Source of the DNA: Gemmatimonadales bacterium
GTDB lineage: Bacteria; Gemmatimonadota; Gemmatimonadetes; Gemmatimonadales; GWC2-71-9
Direction: 5' to 3'
Assembly: GCA_965249575.1 (NCBI GenBank)
Contig: OZ252244.1
Span: forward strand, 1,408,001 to 1,472,000
Length of the DNA stretch: 64,000 bases
Shown here: piece after piece, positions 10,331 through 20,663 of the stretch
How the letters are laid out: the number at the start of each line of letters is the position of its first letter
Numbering within the stretch: the first letter of the stretch is position 1
Notes under the pieces: model-generated
The model's input: the letters and a program-made list of their open reading frames with translations, nothing else
What the model was told of the DNA's origin: nothing
Database searches by the model: none
Made by a program: the position numbers and the translations under genes

Positions 10331-11455
10331 CCGGCTGGTTACTGGCGGCGTCCGCTGCCGTGGTGATCGCATGGGCCGCCTACCTCATCGCGACGGTCCG
10401 GACTCGACGCGCCGCCGCCACCGAGCTAACTCGCACGCGGCACGAGCTGGCGCAATGCATCAACGAGCTGTTTTCCCTCCAGGAGCTGTCATACCTTCGC
10501 CCGAACCAGCTCCGGCGATAGCAACCAGGTCGACCTAAACGATGTCACCCAGCGAACCGTAGCGTTGGTCGGCTACGAGCTAAGGCTGCGAGATATCCAG
10601 CTCGAAGCGGATCTCGCCGCCGACCTTCCGCTCGTGGCCGGTGATCGGTACGAAATCCAGCAGGTGGTCGTCAACCTGCTCACGAACGCCGTCCAGGCAG
10701 TAGGCAACAACCCCCCCGGTCGGCCCAGGATCATACGGATCGGCACCACCGCGGCGCCGGACGCCGTCACTCTGCGGGTGGCCGACACAGGTCCCGGAAT
10801 CACCGACGACGCCCTCCCCCACATCTTTACGCCGTTCTACACCACCAAGGAGGCCGGCCACGGGACCGGGCTCGGCTTGTCCGTCTCATTCGGCATCGTC
10901 GAACGCCACGGGGGTCGGCTGAACGCCGAGCGTGCGCCCGACGGAGGCGCCTTGTTCGCCCTCACTCTGCCGGCCGTTGCCGTGGAACCCGCCGGATCCA
11001 GCGGCGAGAACGCGTCGAGTGCGACCGCGGCGCCCGGGTCGGCGGCACCGCGCCAGAGCGACCCGACTAACCGAAAACGGACCATTCTCCTGGTGGACGA
11101 CGACCCGGCATTTCGGCGGATGATCCACGTCATCTTCTCGAAAAACGAGCAGCTGGTTGAGGAGGCTCCGAGCGCGGCCGAAGCCCTCCGGCAACTGGAA
11201 CGGCGGAACTTCGACCTGGTGATCGCTGATCCGCGAGCTGCGGTTTCCGCAGGCGAGATGCTGGCCGATGTGCTCCTGAGACGTTGGCCCGCACTCCGGG
11301 ACCGAACCATACTGGTGACGGGGGATGTCAGGAGTGAGACCGACGAATGGCTCAAGCGGCTGGGGTGCCGCTATTTCCGCAAGCCGTTCAAGGTGAGCGA
11401 GCTGCAAGCACAAGCCGCCGAGATGCTGGAGCCCGCGGACGCGGACCCCGGCTAG
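10327..11455 (+). pseudogene. Hybrid histidine kinase (TM, [deleted sensor + H-box], HATPase, REC), internally deleted and frameshifted
   Basis: The TM-containing N-terminal ORF ends ...QELSY; another frame resumes at TFAR..DLN (end of a HisKA domain) with N, G1, F and G2 boxes and a REC-like domain; no phospho-His box remains. Confidence 0.8.
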
Positions 11456-11506
11456 GACGCGCGGAGGGCTGGGACGCCGGGAGCCCCGCCGGCGCGCTTC
11501 TGCGAC

Positions 11507-13753
11507 TTATTCCTGGTGGCTGTGCCGGCGGGTTCGAGAGAGTATCGTCTTGAGACGCGCCGACAGTGTGCGGGCTCGAAAAGGCTTGCTCAAGAAGTCG
11601 TCCGCGCCGAGCTCGAGCACTCGGACCTCGTTGTCTTCATCGCCCTTCGCCGTCAGCACAACGACCGGGATCTTCGCGGTGGCCGGCCGCGACCGCAGGT
11701 GCGCGAGGACCCCGTAGCCGTCGAGCCCCGGCAGATTGAGATCGAGAACGATGATGTCGGGTCCGTGCCGGTCGACCTGGTCGAGGGCCTCGACCCCGTC
11801 TCTCGCTTCGGTAACGGTATACCCCTCACGCTCAAGGAGATCGCGCATCACCCGCCGCAGCTGATCTTCGTCATCTACGAGCAGGACCTTGGCTGACGGC
11901 GCCGTACGCCCGTCCCCCCCCGCGGTCTCGATGAGGTCGAACCCGGTCTCGGGGTGCGCGGCATCGGCGCCCGAGTCGCGCTCCGTGGACACACCGGACC
12001 CCGATATCCGCTGCGACTTCCCAGAGGAGCGCCGCTCTCGCTTCGCCTCCTCCCGTTCTTCATCCGTCGGCGGGACGTCCACGACCCGAAGTAGCTCATC
12101 GATTGTCGACTCACCTCTGAGCACATGGGCCAGGCCCGAATCCCAGAGCGACTTCATCCCGCCACGCACCCCGGCGTCATGGATCCGGTCGGCGGTTTCA
12201 CCCGCCGCTATCCGGCGCTCGACCTCCGGCGTCGCGGCAAGGACCTCGACAATCGAGAACCGGCCATGATACCCGGTCATGGCGAATTCGGAGCATCCCG
12301 CGGCGCGGTAAAGCAGAGTGTCCGCGGCGATCCAGCGTTGTAGCTTCGGCGGGATCGCCTCGACCCAAACCTCTTTGCAGCTGGGGCAGAGCCGGCGCAT
12401 GAGACGCTGGGCTACGACACCGCGAATGGCGGCGGCGATTTTATAGCCCTCGAGTCCGATGTCGATGAGACGGGTGACCGCGTTGGCGGCGTCGTTGGTG
12501 TGTAACGTCGACAGCACGAGGTGCCCCGTCAGTGCCGCCTGGAGCGCGACCTGCGCCGTTTCCCGATCCCGAATCTCACCAACCAGCACGACGTCGGGGT
12601 CCTGCCGGAGAATAGACCGCAGCGCCGTCGCGAAGGTGAGTCCCGCTTTCTCGTGAACCTGGACCTGTACGATGCCCTGTAGCCGGTACTCGACCGGGTC
12701 CTCGACCGTGACGATGTTTACTCCCTCACTCTGAACGAACCGGATGGCGGAATACAGCGTGGTTGTCTTGCCGGAGCCCGTTGGACCGGTAACCAGTATG
12801 ATGCCGTCCTTGTTCTCCAGTAACTCTTCGACGTTTTGTTGCTCGTTCCTGTTCAAGCCGAGCGCTTCGAGGGACAGCACGGTGCGCCGCGAGTCGAGAA
12901 CGCGGATGACGACTTTTTCCCCGAGAGACGCGGGGAGCGTCGAGACGCGCAGGTCGACCGGCATCCCGTTCACGGCGACTCGCGCGCGTCCGTCCTGCGG
13001 CCGGAGCCGGTCCGCGATGTCGAGACTCGAAATGATCTTGATTCGGGAAATCAAGGGCAGCCCGGCCGCCCGGGGCACCTTCATGACCTGCCGGAGCACA
13101 CCGTCGATGCGGTAGCGGACCGCGATCCCGCCCTCTTCAGATTCGATGTGAATGTCGCTCGCCCGCGAGACGATGCCTTCCGAGAGGATCAGGTCGACCA
13201 GTCGAACCACCGGCCGCTGAGATGCCTCTTCTTCGGAGACGATCAGCTCGTCGGTTTCATCCTCCTCGACGTGCGTGACCTCCGCAGCGGATTCCATTCC
13301 TTCCAGCAGCTTCCCGATGACGTTCTCTGGCCGGTACGTTTCGTCGATTTCCTCCCGGATCTTGGAGGGGCTGGCCAGATGGACACGAACCTCCCGGCCG
13401 GTGGCGAACGCCAAGGTCTTCTCGCAGTCCAGGTCGAAGGGGTTCGAGGCCGCGATCTCGAGGTAAGAATCCGTGACAACCATGGGCACGATGTGATAGC
13501 GCCGGGCGACCTGCTCGGGGACCAGCTCGCGCGCGCCACCTTCGCTCAGGCTAAAATCGGCGATCTTCAGCCGAAACCGCTCCGCGAGCGTCTCGATGAC
13601 TAGCTCGTCCGTTGCGAGACCGGACGCTACGACCGAGTCCCACAGCGAGTCCTTGGCATCCTCGCCGTTACGGACCTCGTCGAGTTTCTCCTCCCCGATA
13701 AGCGAATGCAGGGTCGGAGCCAACCACTCGTCCGTGAATCGTTCTTCCGCCAC
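11507..13753 (-). CDS. PilB/GspE-family secretion/pilus ATPase fused to a C-terminal response-regulator receiver domain
   Basis: ASDIHIE, GPTGSGKTT, TVEDPVE, LRQDPD, STLHTN; C-terminal LLVDDE..LDLNLP..LTA..KPF; start set at GTG 13753 after AGAGGA. Confidence 0.92.
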   Translation of the reverse strand: MAEERFTDEWLAPTLHSLIGEEKLDEVRNGEDAKDSLWDSVVASGLATDELVIETLAERFRLKIADFSLSEGGARELVPEQVARRYHIVPMVVTDSYLEIAASNPFDLDCEKTLAFATGREVRVHLASPSKIREEIDETYRPENVIGKLLEGMESAAEVTHVEEDETDELIVSEEEASQRPVVRLVDLILSEGIVSRASDIHIESEEGGIAVRYRIDGVLRQVMKVPRAAGLPLISRIKIISSLDIADRLRPQDGRARVAVNGMPVDLRVSTLPASLGEKVVIRVLDSRRTVLSLEALGLNRNEQQNVEELLENKDGIILVTGPTGSGKTTTLYSAIRFVQSEGVNIVTVEDPVEYRLQGIVQVQVHEKAGLTFATALRSILRQDPDVVLVGEIRDRETAQVALQAALTGHLVLSTLHTNDAANAVTRLIDIGLEGYKIAAAIRGVVAQRLMRRLCPSCKEVWVEAIPPKLQRWIAADTLLYRAAGCSEFAMTGYHGRFSIVEVLAATPEVERRIAAGETADRIHDAGVRGGMKSLWDSGLAHVLRGESTIDELLRVVDVPPTDEEREEAKRERRSSGKSQRISGSGVSTERDSGADAAHPETGFDLIETAGGDGRTAPSAKVLLVDDEDQLRRVMRDLLEREGYTVTEARDGVEALDQVDRHGPDIIVLDLNLPGLDGYGVLAHLRSRPATAKIPVVVLTAKGDEDNEVRVLELGADDFLSKPFRARTLSARLKTILSRTRRHSHQE

Positions 13754-14043
13754 GTTGAGTCCTCTGAAGAGCCCAACGTGGAAAGCTAAACATCGCCCGC
13801 CGGTTGAGCCACTGAACGGGACGTGGCACCCCACCTTGCTCCTGAGCCCAGACTTCAAATAACTTGCGGGGCGGCGGCGCAAACGGACCGGAGTCGGCTT
13901 GATTCAACGCCGCCACCCTACCTCACTGCGCCGCATACATCGTGCCCATGATGCTTGGAATCCTGTCCGCGCCTTGGCGGCCCCTCGCGGGCCGCCGACC
14001 CCGAGCCACGTCCGGCGGGGGCCCTCTGGCTGTGAACCGCACA

Positions 14044-14649
14044 ATGCCACTCGCGAGGTCGAGAGCCGCGATTTCGATCGCCACGCTCTCGCTCGGGTTG
14101 GCGGCGTGCGAGAAGCTCGTCGCCCCCGGTGGTCCCAGGCTCACCACGGGAGAGCTGATCGTACTCCCCGTGCAGACGGCGGCGCCGGCACCCGCTCCCG
14201 CCACCTTTTTCGTCTCAAATGGCCGAAGCACCGTACGAAACCTGATCCACGCCGATGCCTTTAGCACGCAGTATGCCCGGCTGCTGTTCCCGGCGGGGAG
14301 CCTCGCCTCGTTGAATGGCCAGCCGCTGGGGTCCGGCGATTCTGTCCTGGTAACAGTGCAGGCTCGACCGGGTCAGTACGGTATTACGATATCGCCGCGC
14401 GGCCTGTCGCTGAGCGCGGGAAGTCTGCCGACTGTGGTGTTTTCCTTCGGTCGCTATGGCGATTTCACGGTGGCCGGCTCGTCGACGCGCTACGCAAGCG
14501 CCCAGGAATATGCGACCGCGCTCGACGTATGGCGGGAGGTGACCGCCGACGGCTGGAGCATGGCCACCGGATCGCGAACCGCCGGCACGGATGCGGTGGA
14601 GGCGCAGATTGAAGCTCCCGGCGATTACGCGGTCGCTGCGCCCCGGTGA
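14044..14649 (+). CDS. Hypothetical lipoprotein
   Basis: Lipobox LAAC after a hydrophobic stretch; stop overlaps the trpE start (GTGA). Confidence 0.75.
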   Translation: MPLARSRAAISIATLSLGLAACEKLVAPGGPRLTTGELIVLPVQTAAPAPAPATFFVSNGRSTVRNLIHADAFSTQYARLLFPAGSLASLNGQPLGSGDSVLVTVQARPGQYGITISPRGLSLSAGSLPTVVFSFGRYGDFTVAGSSTRYASAQEYATALDVWREVTADGWSMATGSRTAGTDAVEAQIEAPGDYAVAAPR

Positions 14650-16184
14650 CCCTCGGCGTCACGTTCGATGCATACCGCCGATTGGCCCGCGGCGGAGGGA
14701 TCGTCCCAGTCGTTCGGGAATTCGCGGCTGACACTCTGACCCCCATCGTCGCCTTCGCGGCGGTCGCCCGCCCCCCGTTCGCCTTCCTGCTCGAATCGCT
14801 CGTCGGGGGCGAGCGCTGGGCGAGGTACACCTTCATTGGGACCGAGCCCGGCGAAGCCTGGAGGTATGGGAACGGCGAAGTGGACCGCTGGACTCCAGGG
14901 GCTGGGTGGGAGTCTCTGGGTCCTTGCGGCGATCCGCTGGCCCACATCGGTGGACGCATTCGGCCGCTCCAGGCCGTAGCGATCGACGGACTTCCGAGGT
15001 TCAGCGGCGGCGCCGTCGGGTACCTCGGATACGACGTCGTACGCTTCATCGAAAAACTGCCCGGAGGCCCGGAGGACGATCTCGGGCTGCCCGATGCGCT
15101 GTTCATGGTCTGCGACACCGCGGTCATCATCGATAACGCGTTCGGACGCGCGATCGTAGTAGCCAACACAAACGTCGCTCCCGGAGCTCACGCGTCCGAG
15201 CTGCGTAGAGAGTACGGCCGAGCGATGGACCGAATCGAGTCGCTCCTCACCAGGCTGGCCGATCCGCCGAAGCTGCCGGCCCTCGCGCTCGGCGGAGCCG
15301 ACCCGCCGATTACGTCCTCCCCCTATACCCGGCGGACGTTCGAGCGGGGCGTGGAGAAGATCAAAGAGCACATTCGCGCCGGCGACACGTTTCAGACTGT
15401 ACTGTCTCGGCGCCAGGAGGTCCCATGCCAGGCAGACCCACTCATGGTCTACCGAGCACTCAGGAGCCTCAACCCCGCCCCCTACCTCTATCTGTTGCAG
15501 CTGGACGACGTGTCGGTGGTCGGTAGCTCGCCGGAGGTGCTCGTACGCGTTGAGGACCGCGAGATCACGGTCCGTCCAATCGCCGGAACGAGGCCCCGGG
15601 GCGGAACGCTCCACGAAGACGCGCGCCTCGAAGCCGAGCTTCTGGCGGACTCGAAGGAACTCGCCGAGCACATGATGCTCGTGGATCTCGGCCGGAACGA
15701 CGTAGGCCGTGTCGCCGAGTACGGATCGGTGCGCGTTACCGCAGACAAGGTCATCGAACGGTATTCACACGTGCAGCACATCGTTTCCGAAGTGCGGGGG
15801 GATTTGCGAAACGGGCTCGACGCTGTTGATGCCTTGCGCGCGTGTTTTCCCGCTGGCACGGTAACTGGGGCGCCCAAGGTGCGCGCGATGGAGCTCATCG
15901 ATGACTTGGAGCCGACGCGCCGGGGGCCGTACGCCGGTGCGGTCGGGTACCTTGGCTGGGGTGCGGTCAATTCCGACACGGCCATCACCATCCGGACCGC
16001 CGTCATTCGGGAGGGCCGCGCGTTCGTGCAGGCGGGCGCCGGGATCGTCGCAGACAGCATTCCAGAACGGGAGTACATCGAGACCGAGAACAAAGCAAGC
16101 GCGGTACTGCGTGCGCTCGAGTTGGCCGAGTCCAGTTCGCGTGGGCTCGACTCGCGGCATATATTGCGTCTCTCTGACGCTTGA
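14646..16184 (+). CDS. trpE: Anthranilate synthase component I
   Basis: LLES, NPAPY, GSSPE, PIAGT, EHMMLVDLGRND, FPAGTVTGAPKVRAM, QAGAGIV. Confidence 0.93.
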   Translation: MTLGVTFDAYRRLARGGGIVPVVREFAADTLTPIVAFAAVARPPFAFLLESLVGGERWARYTFIGTEPGEAWRYGNGEVDRWTPGAGWESLGPCGDPLAHIGGRIRPLQAVAIDGLPRFSGGAVGYLGYDVVRFIEKLPGGPEDDLGLPDALFMVCDTAVIIDNAFGRAIVVANTNVAPGAHASELRREYGRAMDRIESLLTRLADPPKLPALALGGADPPITSSPYTRRTFERGVEKIKEHIRAGDTFQTVLSRRQEVPCQADPLMVYRALRSLNPAPYLYLLQLDDVSVVGSSPEVLVRVEDREITVRPIAGTRPRGGTLHEDARLEAELLADSKELAEHMMLVDLGRNDVGRVAEYGSVRVTADKVIERYSHVQHIVSEVRGDLRNGLDAVDALRACFPAGTVTGAPKVRAMELIDDLEPTRRGPYAGAVGYLGWGAVNSDTAITIRTAVIREGRAFVQAGAGIVADSIPEREYIETENKASAVLRALELAESSSRGLDSRHILRLSDA

Positions 16185-17800
16185 GCCCTGCATTGGCCGC
16201 CTTCAAACTCATCGGCACGACGGGAGAACAGTCGGTCGACCTACCATTGGGTCGCGTGCTCGTGGTTGGGCGTGCCGTCACCAGTGATGTCCCCATCTAC
16301 GATCCCACCATTTCGCGCCGCCACGCCGAGGTCACGGAGACAGATGGCGGCGTAAAGGTCAAGGACCTCGGATCGAGTAACGGAACGTTCGTGAACGGCA
16401 CGCGCGTCGCAGAGGCGGTGGTCACCGAGGGCGATGTCGTGGCATTCGGCAAGGTCGCATTCAACGTCCGGGCGGTCACGCCGCCAACCGCGAGACCGGC
16501 GGTACCGGACGAGTCCGCGTTCGGCGCAAAGGCCCCGCCCGGGGCGACCATCGTTCGGAAGATGCCGGACTCCGGAGGGGTTTCGGCCGTGGGGGACCGC
16601 CCCAGCGCCGCCGCGCAGTTGAAACTGACTGGCGAGTCCGTGGAGGAGCGGCAAGCCAAAAAGCTGAGCCTCCTCCTGGACATCTCGAAAGAGCTCTCAA
16701 AGCAACAAGAAGTCGACAAGCTGCTCGAGAAAGTCGTCGATATCACCTTCGAGGTGATGAGCGTCGACCGCGTTTCCATCCTGATGGTCGAGGAAGTCTC
16801 CGGCGAGCTGGTGCCCCGCGTGTCGAAGAACCGCCTCGGAGATTCGGGCGGCAGCCGCCATGTGCCGCAATCGATCGCGCGCCGGGCCGTGAACGAGCGT
16901 CTCGCGATCCTCACCGACAACGCGGCGGCGGATGAACGGTTCAAGGGCAAGTCTATCGTCATGCAGAGCGTCCGAAGTGCGATGTGCAGCCCGCTCATGG
17001 GTGGGGACGGAAACGTGCTTGGGATTATTTACGTGGACAACATGACTGCGACGAATTCGTTCGGGGACGAGGACCTGGAGTTTCTCATCGCGTTTTCGGG
17101 CATCGCGGCCGTCGCCATCGAGAACGGACAGCTCACGGAGCGGGTCCGGAGGGAGGCCGTCGTCCTGTCGAATTTCCAGCGCTACTTCGCTCCGAGTCTC
17201 GTCGACCAGATCGCCGGCCAGGAGGGCGTGATCCAGCTCGGCGGATCGAAGCGTCCCGTGGTGGTGTTCTTCAGCGACACCAGAGGCTTCACGGCAATGT
17301 CGGAGTCGATGGTGCCCGACGATATCGCGACATTGCTCACCGAATATTTCACGGAGATGGTGGAGATCGTTTTCCAGCACGGGGGCACACTCCACAAGTT
17401 CATGGGCGATGCGATCATGGCGCTCTGGGGCGCACCGTTGGAGCAGGACGACGACGCCGATCGCGCCATGAGCGCGGCGCTCGACATGCAGAGCGTCTTG
17501 GAGGAACTGAACGCCAAATGGGCCGAGCAGGGACGCGCGCCCGTGAAGATCGGCATCGGCATCAACTTCGGTGAGGTGTTCGCCGGAAACATCGGGAGCG
17601 ATCGCCGCCTCGAGTACACGGTGATCGGAGACGCCGTCAACACGGCGTCGCGACTCTGCTCGAAGGCCGGCCCTACAGAGATCCTGATGTCCGAGCCGTT
17701 TTACAAGGCGCTGAAAAGCCCACCCGACGTCGACGCGCTGGAGCCCCTGCAGCTCAAGGGCAAAGCGCAAGCAGTTCCGGTCTACCGCGTGAAGCGATAA
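16181..17800 (+). CDS. FHA-GAF-class III adenylate/guanylate cyclase
   Basis: FHA (GR, SRRHA, SSNGT), GAF (SAMCSPL..GIIYVD), cyclase (FSD.RGFT, KFMGDA, IGDAVNTASRL). Confidence 0.93.
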   Translation: MSPALAAFKLIGTTGEQSVDLPLGRVLVVGRAVTSDVPIYDPTISRRHAEVTETDGGVKVKDLGSSNGTFVNGTRVAEAVVTEGDVVAFGKVAFNVRAVTPPTARPAVPDESAFGAKAPPGATIVRKMPDSGGVSAVGDRPSAAAQLKLTGESVEERQAKKLSLLLDISKELSKQQEVDKLLEKVVDITFEVMSVDRVSILMVEEVSGELVPRVSKNRLGDSGGSRHVPQSIARRAVNERLAILTDNAAADERFKGKSIVMQSVRSAMCSPLMGGDGNVLGIIYVDNMTATNSFGDEDLEFLIAFSGIAAVAIENGQLTERVRREAVVLSNFQRYFAPSLVDQIAGQEGVIQLGGSKRPVVVFFSDTRGFTAMSESMVPDDIATLLTEYFTEMVEIVFQHGGTLHKFMGDAIMALWGAPLEQDDDADRAMSAALDMQSVLEELNAKWAEQGRAPVKIGIGINFGEVFAGNIGSDRRLEYTVIGDAVNTASRLCSKAGPTEILMSEPFYKALKSPPDVDALEPLQLKGKAQAVPVYRVKR

Positions 17801-18354
17801 GGCCGTCCCGCCCCTTCGAGCAGGTCGACTACGTGACGGAGCGGCAACCCCATCACGCCGAAGAAATCTCCGTCGATCCGCTCTATCAGTACCGCGCCGA
17901 ACCCCTGTATCCCGTACGCTCCGGCCTTGTCCAGTGGCTCCCCAGTCGCCACGTAGGCGCGCACCATCTCCGCATCGAGCGGCCGAAACCGCACCCGCGT
18001 CACATCGAGCCGGTCATCGATCTGGTCGCCGTGCGCGAGAGCGACCGCAGTCACTACTTCGTGCTCAGCACCCTGTAGTAGAGACAACATCGCCTCGGCC
18101 TCCGCCGCCGAGCCCGGCTTGCCGATCGGCTCCCCTCCAATGACAACGATCGTGTCCGCCCCCAGCACGTGGTCGGCGGGGCGGCGGCGGGCGATCGCGA
18201 GTGCCTTTGTTCGCGCGAGACGTGTCGCGGCTTCGGCCGGGGTTTCCCCCACGTGTTGGCGCTCGTCGATCTCTGGCGGCTCCACCGCGTGCGGGATACC
18301 GAGCATGTCGAGTAGCTGTGTGCGGCGAGGCGAGCTCGATGCCAGAACGATCAT
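17782..18354 (-). CDS. maf: Maf family nucleotide pyrophosphatase
   Basis: [30 protein letters not shown]. Confidence 0.96.
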   Translation of the reverse strand: MIVLASSSPRRTQLLDMLGIPHAVEPPEIDERQHVGETPAEAATRLARTKALAIARRRPADHVLGADTIVVIGGEPIGKPGSAAEAEAMLSLLQGAEHEVVTAVALAHGDQIDDRLDVTRVRFRPLDAEMVRAYVATGEPLDKAGAYGIQGFGAVLIERIDGDFFGVMGLPLRHVVDLLEGAGRPYRFTR

Positions 18355-18788
18355 CGCTCGAGGATGATGGTCACCGGCCCGTCGTTCACGAGCTCGACCT
18401 GCATCGCCGCGCCGAACCGGCCAGTCGCAACTGGAAGCTCACGACGCCGAAGAGCGTCGACGAACGTTTCGTATAACGGGATGGCTCGCTCCGGTGGCGC
18501 CGCCCGCACGAACGATGGCCGCCGGCCCTTATCGGTGTTTCCATAGAGCGTGAACTGGGACACCACTAGCACCGCGCCGCCCACCTCCGCGAGATCCTGG
18601 TTCATCTTCCCGGCCTCATCGGGAAAGAGCCGCAGTCCCGCGATCTTTTCCGCCATCCATTCCACCTGCGTATCCTCGTCGCTCCCGGTGAACCCGACGA
18701 GAATCAGATAGCCGCGCTCGATGGAGCCAACCACCTCCTCGTCAACGGTCACGGAGGCACGCGACACCCGCTGCAGCACGGCTCTCAG
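18351..18788 (-). CDS. dtd: D-aminoacyl-tRNA deacylase (probable CTG start at 18788)
   Basis: (M)[24 protein letters not shown]. Confidence 0.96.
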   Translation of the reverse strand: MRAVLQRVSRASVTVDEEVVGSIERGYLILVGFTGSDEDTQVEWMAEKIAGLRLFPDEAGKMNQDLAEVGGAVLVVSQFTLYGNTDKGRRPSFVRAAPPERAIPLYETFVDALRRRELPVATGRFGAAMQVELVNDGPVTIILER

Positions 18789-18819
18789 CGCACGGGCCCC
18801 CGTACAATGTCGCCGGGGG

Positions 18820-20646
18820 TCACTCTACCGTCACGGATTTGGCGAGATTTCTCGGTTGATCGACATCACAGCCGCGCTCGACAGCGGTGTAGTAGGCTAG
18901 TAGCTGCAGGGGGATCACGCTCAATACCGGCGTCAGCAAGTCGATGGCCCCTGGAATAGTGATCAAGTGATCGGCGAGTCCCGCGATCTCCTCGTCCCCC
19001 TCGGTAACGACCGAGATGACGCGACCGTGTCGGGCTTTCACTTCCTGGATGTTGGAAACGATCTTCCGGTACACCGCGTCGTGCGGAGCGATAAACACCA
19101 CCGGCATTGAATCATCTATCAACGCAATGGGACCGTGCTTCATTTCGGCAGCCGGGTATCCCTCGGCGTGAAGGTACGAAATTTCCTTGAGCTTGAGCGC
19201 ACCCTCCAAGGCCACCGGAAAATTGACGCCACGCCCCAAATAGAGGGCATTGGAGCACCCCGCGAACGCGGGGACCAGTCGCTCCACTTGTTCGGCGCGT
19301 GAGAGTACCTCGGCAATTTGGTCGGGCAGCTGTAACAGCGCTCTCACGACGTCCCGGCCCTGGAGCACGGAGAGGGCATGCAGCCTGCCAAGCCGCAGGG
19401 TGAGCATGGCCAGGGCCACGATCTCGCAGGTGAACGCCTTGGTGCTCGCAACCCCGATCTCGGGACCCGCGTGAATGTAGATCCCGCCATATACTTCTCG
19501 GGCTATCGAGCTGCCCACGACGTTGACGATCCCCACCGTCCGCGCTCCGCGCCGCCGCGCCTCTCGCAGAGCCGCGAGCGTATCTGCGGTCTCACCGCTC
19601 TGAGAAATCCCAACTACCAGCGTCCGCTCGTTCACGATCGGATTGCGATACCGAAACTCCGAGGCGTACTCGACCTCGGTTGGAATCCGGGCGAACTCTT
19701 CAAGCATGTATTCACCGATCAGCGCCGCGTGCCACGAGGTCCCGCAGGCCGTCAGGACGACGCGATCGACAGAGAGCAAGGCCTCATCAGACAGGTTCAG
19801 TCCGCTCAGCCGGGCGCTTCCCTCATCTTCGAGTAGCCGTCCGCGGAGCGTGTTCCGGACGCTGTCCGGCTGCTCCATGATCTCCTTGAGCATGAAATGC
19901 CTGAATCCGCCACGTTCGACCGTATCTCGGTCCCAATCCACCGTGCTCACCCGCTTCTGGACGCCCTTCGTGTCCAGGTCGGTGATCGCATACCCCTTCC
20001 CGCTGATGACCGCGACCTCGCCGTCATCCAGATAGACCACGGATCGGGTGTATTGCAGGACCGCCGCCGCATCGGAGGCGACGAAGTACTCTTCGTCGCC
20101 GAGGCCGACCAGAAGCGGCGAGCCGTTCCGGGCCGCCACGAGCTTCCCAGGCTCCCGCGCTGACACGACCGCAATGCCGTAGGTGCCGTCCACCTGCTTC
20201 AGCGCGGCGGCCACGGCCCCCTCCAACGAGTTGTCGTAGGCCTCCTCGATGAGGTGCGCGATGACTTCCGTATCGGTCTCGGAACGGAAGGTGTGCCCCT
20301 GCTCGACCAGGCGGGTCCGGAGGACAGTGGCGTTCTCGATGATCCCGTTATGGACGATCGCAACGGTTCCGCTCGAGTTGATGTGAGGATGCGCGTTCGT
20401 CGTATTGGGTACGCCGTGGGTGGCCCAACGGGTGTGCGAAATCGCGACGTGCCCGGAAGGGGCGCGCCCATCCAGCTGCGCTTCCAGCGCCCCGATCTTC
20501 CCTGCCGTCTTCTCGACGACCACCTTTCCGTCCTGTACCACTGCCAGGCCGGCGGAATCGTAGCCCCGGTACTCGAGCCGTTTCAGCGCCTCCAAGACCA
20601 GGGGCACCGCCTCGCGTTTCCCGACATATCCGACTATCCCGCACAT
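18820..20646 (-). CDS. glmS: Glutamine--fructose-6-phosphate transaminase
   Basis: [43 protein letters not shown]. Confidence 0.98.
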   Translation of the reverse strand: MCGIVGYVGKREAVPLVLEALKRLEYRGYDSAGLAVVQDGKVVVEKTAGKIGALEAQLDGRAPSGHVAISHTRWATHGVPNTTNAHPHINSSGTVAIVHNGIIENATVLRTRLVEQGHTFRSETDTEVIAHLIEEAYDNSLEGAVAAALKQVDGTYGIAVVSAREPGKLVAARNGSPLLVGLGDEEYFVASDAAAVLQYTRSVVYLDDGEVAVISGKGYAITDLDTKGVQKRVSTVDWDRDTVERGGFRHFMLKEIMEQPDSVRNTLRGRLLEDEGSARLSGLNLSDEALLSVDRVVLTACGTSWHAALIGEYMLEEFARIPTEVEYASEFRYRNPIVNERTLVVGISQSGETADTLAALREARRRGARTVGIVNVVGSSIAREVYGGIYIHAGPEIGVASTKAFTCEIVALAMLTLRLGRLHALSVLQGRDVVRALLQLPDQIAEVLSRAEQVERLVPAFAGCSNALYLGRGVNFPVALEGALKLKEISYLHAEGYPAAEMKHGPIALIDDSMPVVFIAPHDAVYRKIVSNIQEVKARHGRVISVVTEGDEEIAGLADHLITIPGAIDLLTPVLSVIPLQLLAYYTAVERGCDVDQPRNLAKSVTVE

Positions 20647-20663
20647 CTAGGCGCACTCCTCAC

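Noticed and set aside
13824..13840. TGGCAC..TTGC sigma54-like promoter
   Set aside because: GG-to-GC spacing is 11 nt rather than the required 10
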